DNA of 12,353 bases from an uncultured delta proteobacterium. Lineage in GTDB: Bacteria > Myxococcota > Myxococcia > Myxococcales > Myxococcaceae. Below, one piece after another: positions 9,025 through 12,353 of the stretch. The number at the start of each line of letters is the position of its first letter. Position 1 is the first letter of the stretch. The stretch spans positions 1 to 12,353 of the forward strand of contig CAVUXN010000002.1 in NCBI GenBank assembly GCA_963745475.1, read 5' to 3'. Below the pieces are notes generated by a model. That model made no database searches, had not been told where the DNA came from, and was given only the letters and a program-made list of their open reading frames with translations. The position numbers were made by a program, and so were the translations under genes.

Positions 9025-10047
9025 TCAGCCCTTCGCCTGGTGCGCCTTGAGGATGAGGTCCACGACGCGGTCCGTCTCGTAGGCGCTAGCGAATGAGTTC
9101 TCGTGCGCCATGTTCCCGCTGCGAATGGCCTCGGTGAAGGCCTCGAGCTGCGCGGAATATTCCTCGCCCCGCAGGTAGAACCCCACCGGCTTCTGCAGGC
9201 TGGTGATGTAGCGGGTGTTCCACCCCTGGGCGTAGTCCTCGAATCCGGCCTCTTGGCGCAGGTAAACCTTGAGCTCTTGGCGGTCCACGACGATTTTCCC
9301 GCCCGTCCCGTGCAAGGTGACGCTGGTCGTCATTTTCCGGTAGGTCTCGTCGCTCCAGTTGGTTTCGAGAAGGCCGCTGGCGTCCTCTCCGTAGCTGAAA
9401 ACTGCCGAGACGGCATCCTCCACCCCTCGAGAGAAAATGGTTTGCAGGCTCGCGCCCTGCACGCGCGTGGGCGGCCCGACGAGAAAGTTCATCAGGTCGA
9501 TGACGTGGCTCGCGTAGTCGTGCAAGCAACCCCCGCCCTCGGACTTGCTCGCCCGCCAGGTGCGGTTCCTCTCCTTGACCACCACTTGTCCGAAAGCGCT
9601 GCCGTGGATGTTGGACACCTTCCCCAGAGCGCCGGCGCGCACCAGCCGCCGTGCCTCCTGGAAGGTTCCGATAAAACGGTTGTGAAAGCCGACTTGGTTG
9701 ATGCGACGGTGCTCCACAGCGAGCCGAGACAGGGCGAGGCTCTGCTCCGCGGAGAGGGTGAGCGGCTTCTCGACGAAGAGGTGGGCTCCTCGCTCCAGGG
9801 CGTACTGAGCGCAGGCGTAATGGGTGGAGGTGGGGGTGGCGACGATGACCGCATCCGGACGGACCTCGTCCACCATCTGTTGGTAGCCGCTGAATGTCTG
9901 AACGCCGACATACTTCTTCAGCACCGAGAGCACGTAGTGCGAGGTGTCGCACACCGCCACCACCGCCGCGCCGGGTAAGGCGTTGGCGATGGAGAAATGT
10001 GAGAGGCCCATCTTCCCGGCACCGACGATGCCGATTCGAATTCCCAT
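9025..10047 (-). CDS. Gfo/Idh/MocA family oxidoreductase
   Basis: Intact 340-aa ORF with 'IGIVGAGKMG', 'VIVATP..TH', 'HLFVEKPL', 'VGFHNRF', 'WR..KSEGGGCLHDYASHVIDL' and 'VEDA'. Confidence 0.93.
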   Translation of the reverse strand: MGIRIGIVGAGKMGLSHFSIANALPGAAVVAVCDTSHYVLSVLKKYVGVQTFSGYQQMVDEVRPDAVIVATPTSTHYACAQYALERGAHLFVEKPLTLSAEQSLALSRLAVEHRRINQVGFHNRFIGTFQEARRLVRAGALGKVSNIHGSAFGQVVVKERNRTWRASKSEGGGCLHDYASHVIDLMNFLVGPPTRVQGASLQTIFSRGVEDAVSAVFSYGEDASGLLETNWSDETYRKMTTSVTLHGTGGKIVVDRQELKVYLRQEAGFEDYAQGWNTRYITSLQKPVGFYLRGEEYSAQLEAFTEAIRSGNMAHENSFASAYETDRVVDLILKAHQAKG

Positions 10048-10078
10048 TCGTTGCGAGGCCCCTTCAAGAAGGCGCGCG

Positions 10079-10113
10079 AAAAACGGCGCGCAAGATGGCC
10101 GAAGTTGCGCCGT
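10079..10113 (-). terminator. Possible weak intrinsic terminator or processing hairpin after the GT2 gene
   Basis: The minus strand reads ACGGCGCAA-11 nt-TTGCGCGCCGT (2-nt bulge) running into a short T tract, 11 nt after the rebuilt GT2 stop. Confidence 0.3.
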
Positions 10114-10124
10114 CCCTCAATGGG

Positions 10125-11059
10125 TCAGCCTGCACTCGGGGAGCGCGAGGGGTTCCACTGTGTTTTCTGGCGCTCATTGAGCAAGGCAGTGGCGCGGGCC
10201 TTCCCACGCAAGAGGCACGCCCACTGGTAACGGCGGAGGAAGCGTCGAAACTCCACGTCGCCGTAGCGGGGATCTGCGGGCCATACTCTTCAGGTAGCCG
10301 TAGAGCATCGCCACCCCGCCGAGGATGCGCGGTGGCCGGGTCGCTCGGTAGAGGGCGCTCGCCAGCATGTAAACCGAACCATGCGTGCCCATAAAGTATT
10401 GGCCGTACCCGTGCCTCACCCGGCCCGTCCACCAGTTTTTGTGGCTCGTCCCCATTGGTCGCAGGTGTGTAAAGCGAACACCGGATCGTCCCAGCTCACC
10501 GCGATCCACCCGAGCATCCGGCAGCGGTGACAGTCGATGCCGTCCCACATCAGCTTCGGCACGAATCCGCCAATCTGCCTGAAGCAGGTTGTGCGATAAA
10601 ACTTGATCATGCCGACCGAATTCTCGTCGCCGCACTTTTCGCTGACGAGCTTGCCGTGCAGATCCATGTAAGGCTTGCCGCTGCACGTGCCAATGCGCGG
10701 GTTGGCCTCCATGCGCTTCATCAGCCTCTTCGAAGTAGACCGGCGGGATGTCCAGGTCCAGGTCGAGCTTGCAGACGTAATCGAACTCACCGGGGTTGAT
10801 CGTCTTGTACCCTTCATCAAACGCCTCGATCACGCCGCCGCCCAGCTTGCGATCGCCGCGGTCGGCGCGGCGACCGGATGAAGGGGAATTTCGCGGCGTA
10901 CTCCGCGAGGATTTTCGGCGTGTCGTCCTTGGAGCCATCGTCAACGATCACCCAGATCGCCGGCGGAATGGTTTGCTGCGTGACGCTGTCGAGTGTGCGG
11001 CGAGCGTATTTGGCTTCGTCGCGACACGGCGTGATGAGGGCGTAGCGGCGTCCAGTCAT
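10125..11059 (-). CDS. Glycosyltransferase family 2 (GT-A fold), at least four frameshifts (near 10875, 10730, 10482, 10270)
   Basis: ATG 11059: 'YALITPCRDEA', 'WVIVDDGSKDDT'; next frame 'GGGVIEAF...YVCKLDLDL' (DxD); next 'GMIKFYRTTCFRQIGGF...WDGIDCHRCRMLGW'; next 'HLRPMGTS...GRVRHGYGQYFMG'; final frame 'RYGDVEFRRFLRRYQW...SPSAG*' with the stop at 10127-10125. Confidence 0.87.
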
Positions 11060-11178
11060 CAAAAAGGCGCTCCCCAGGGCCACTCCCTGGGGACCCTTCT
11101 GTAACACGAGACGGTTGCCGTTCGACCCTTGCGGCAGGTGTAGAGTCCCGCGAGGGGAGGGTCCTCCGCGGACAGTCG
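11060..11178. promoter_or_regulatory. Divergent intergenic region between GT2 and GH9 genes, with a perfect 9-bp inverted repeat at 11071-11093
   Basis: 119 bp between divergent starts, so it should hold both promoters. TCCCCAGGG-ccact-CCCTGGGGA is directly visible. No promoter consensus could be assigned. Confidence 0.5.
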
Positions 11179-12353
11179 ATGAAGACCAGCCTAGGTGCCC
11201 TGGCCGCGTTGCTCCTCCTGGCCGCGGGTGGTCTCATTCTCGGTAAGCGGCTGGGTCTAAACGCGTTCGCCAAGCGCATGCTGGGGTCAGCAGCGACCGA
11301 GCAGCGCCTCGCCTTACGCCAGGACGAGGCGCCCTTCGGCCTGCTCGCGGCGTCTCAGGTGGGTTACGCGCCGGGGATGGTGAAGCAGTTCAGCGCTCCC
11401 CGACATTTTGACTCCTTCCAGGTTCTCGACGAGCGGACTGGCGCCGTTGCCTTCGCCGGAAGTGGGCCGGTACGGACACTGCGTGTCGAGGGGTTGGGGC
11501 CAATTACCGAGGTCTCGATTGGCGACTTCACCGGGCTCACGCGCGCCGGACGCTACCGCCTCGTCGCCCAGGGTGGGCTGAGTAGCCACCCCTTCGAGGT
11601 GGGGCCCGGCGTCTTTGACGGGCCACTGCGGGCTCTGCAGCGCGTCTTTTACTTTCAGCGAGCCTTCACCGAGATTGATGCCGCCCATGCCCACGGGCCG
11701 TGGGTCCACCCCAGCGACGCGGCGAAGGCTCCGCCCGGTGTCCGCAAGGGCTGGCACGACGCTGGGGACTTCTCTCTCTACAGCGACACGGCCAACACGG
11801 CGCTCTTTTGGATGTTGGAAGCGATGAGCGACTTTGCCCCCACCGACGACGACACGGGCATCCCGGAATCCGGCAATGGAATTCCGGACTTACTCGACGA
11901 AGCGCGCTGGGGCCTGGAGTGGCTTCTTTCGGTCCAGGAGGACTCGGGCGGCTTTCGGAACACAACCTGCGAGGAGAGCTACGGCCCCTATGGGAGCAAC
12001 TCGCCCCAGACGGCTGCGCCCTACCACGCCGGTGAGGTGGGGACGCTCGCCACTGCGCGCGCCGTCGGGACGCTCGCCTACGCCTCCACCCTCTACCGGA
12101 AGTATGACGCGCAATTTGCCGGACAGTGCCTCGAGGCGGCGCGGCGCGGCGAGGCCTACCTCCGCGCTCGCCCCCGGGAGAACAGCGACGGCCCGACGTG
12201 CCCGGTGCACCGCGTCGATGGAGACGCACTCATCGGCCGCCACGTCCGGATGTATGCCGCGGCGGGCATGCTGCTGGCCACCGACGAGGCGCGTTTCCGC
12301 GGCGACTTCGAGCGGAACTACGTCGAGTTGGACTACGACCCGAGTTATCTCCA
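11179..12353 (+). CDS. Glycoside hydrolase family 9 (endoglucanase-like) with N-terminal hydrophobic segment and CelD-type Ig-like domain, 3'-partial
   Basis: I translated frame 1 by hand from ATG 11179 and it is open to the window end. It reads MKTSLGALAALLLLAAGGLILG, then 'SQVGY', 'GDFTGLTRAGRYRL', 'SHPFEVG' (Ig-like domain), 'FYFQR', 'GWHDAGD' (11749-11769) and 'IPESGNGIPDLLDEARWGLEWLLSVQ'. Confidence 0.92.
   Translation, partial: MKTSLGALAALLLLAAGGLILGKRLGLNAFAKRMLGSAATEQRLALRQDEAPFGLLAASQVGYAPGMVKQFSAPRHFDSFQVLDERTGAVAFAGSGPVRTLRVEGLGPITEVSIGDFTGLTRAGRYRLVAQGGLSSHPFEVGPGVFDGPLRALQRVFYFQRAFTEIDAAHAHGPWVHPSDAAKAPPGVRKGWHDAGDFSLYSDTANTALFWMLEAMSDFAPTDDDTGIPESGNGIPDLLDEARWGLEWLLSVQEDSGGFRNTTCEESYGPYGSNSPQTAAPYHAGEVGTLATARAVGTLAYASTLYRKYDAQFAGQCLEAARRGEAYLRARPRENSDGPTCPVHRVDGDALIGRHVRMYAAAGMLLATDEARFRGDFERNYVELDYDPSYL

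Noticed and set aside
8163..9978. Long plus-strand ORFs 8163-9050 and 9103-9978, and similar antisense ORFs such as 227-1024
   Set aside because: They are shadows of well-supported genes on the opposite strand, expected in GC-rich DNA, and have no recognisable motifs.
11314..12243. Short track ORFs in the last kilobase
   Set aside because: All overlap the continuous frame-1 GH9 gene, which explains the region.
1..12353. CRISPR array, tRNA/rRNA, IS element, prophage or defence genes
   Set aside because: I saw no spaced repeats or relevant motifs, and nearly the whole window is explained by polysaccharide genes.

Overview
GC-rich bacterial DNA holding part of a Wzx/Wzy-type exopolysaccharide locus whose gene content resembles myxobacterial eps clusters (inference). 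The plus-strand block (1-6116) has the 3' end of a kinase-less polysaccharide co-polymerase, a Wzx flippase, a Gfo/Idh/MocA oxidoreductase, an NAD-dependent epimerase/dehydratase and an SGNH-hydrolase lipoprotein with two putative carbohydrate-binding modules. A convergent minus-strand block (11059->6138) has a GT2 glycosyltransferase, a second Gfo/Idh/MocA oxidoreductase, an aldo/keto-reductase-like hypothetical protein, a WecB/TagA/CpsF glycosyltransferase and an acyltransferase-3. A divergent GH9 glycoside hydrolase starts at 11179, runs off the window and is missing from the ORF track. At least 14 frame changes break seven genes, most likely long-read indel errors, so I rebuilt those genes across frames; several long ORFs in the track are chimeras. 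The most notable items are the SGNH lipoprotein with a CBM-like insert facing a stand-alone AT3 acyltransferase, and the degenerate AKR-like gene between an oxidoreductase and a glycosyltransferase. I saw no RNA genes, CRISPR arrays or mobile elements.
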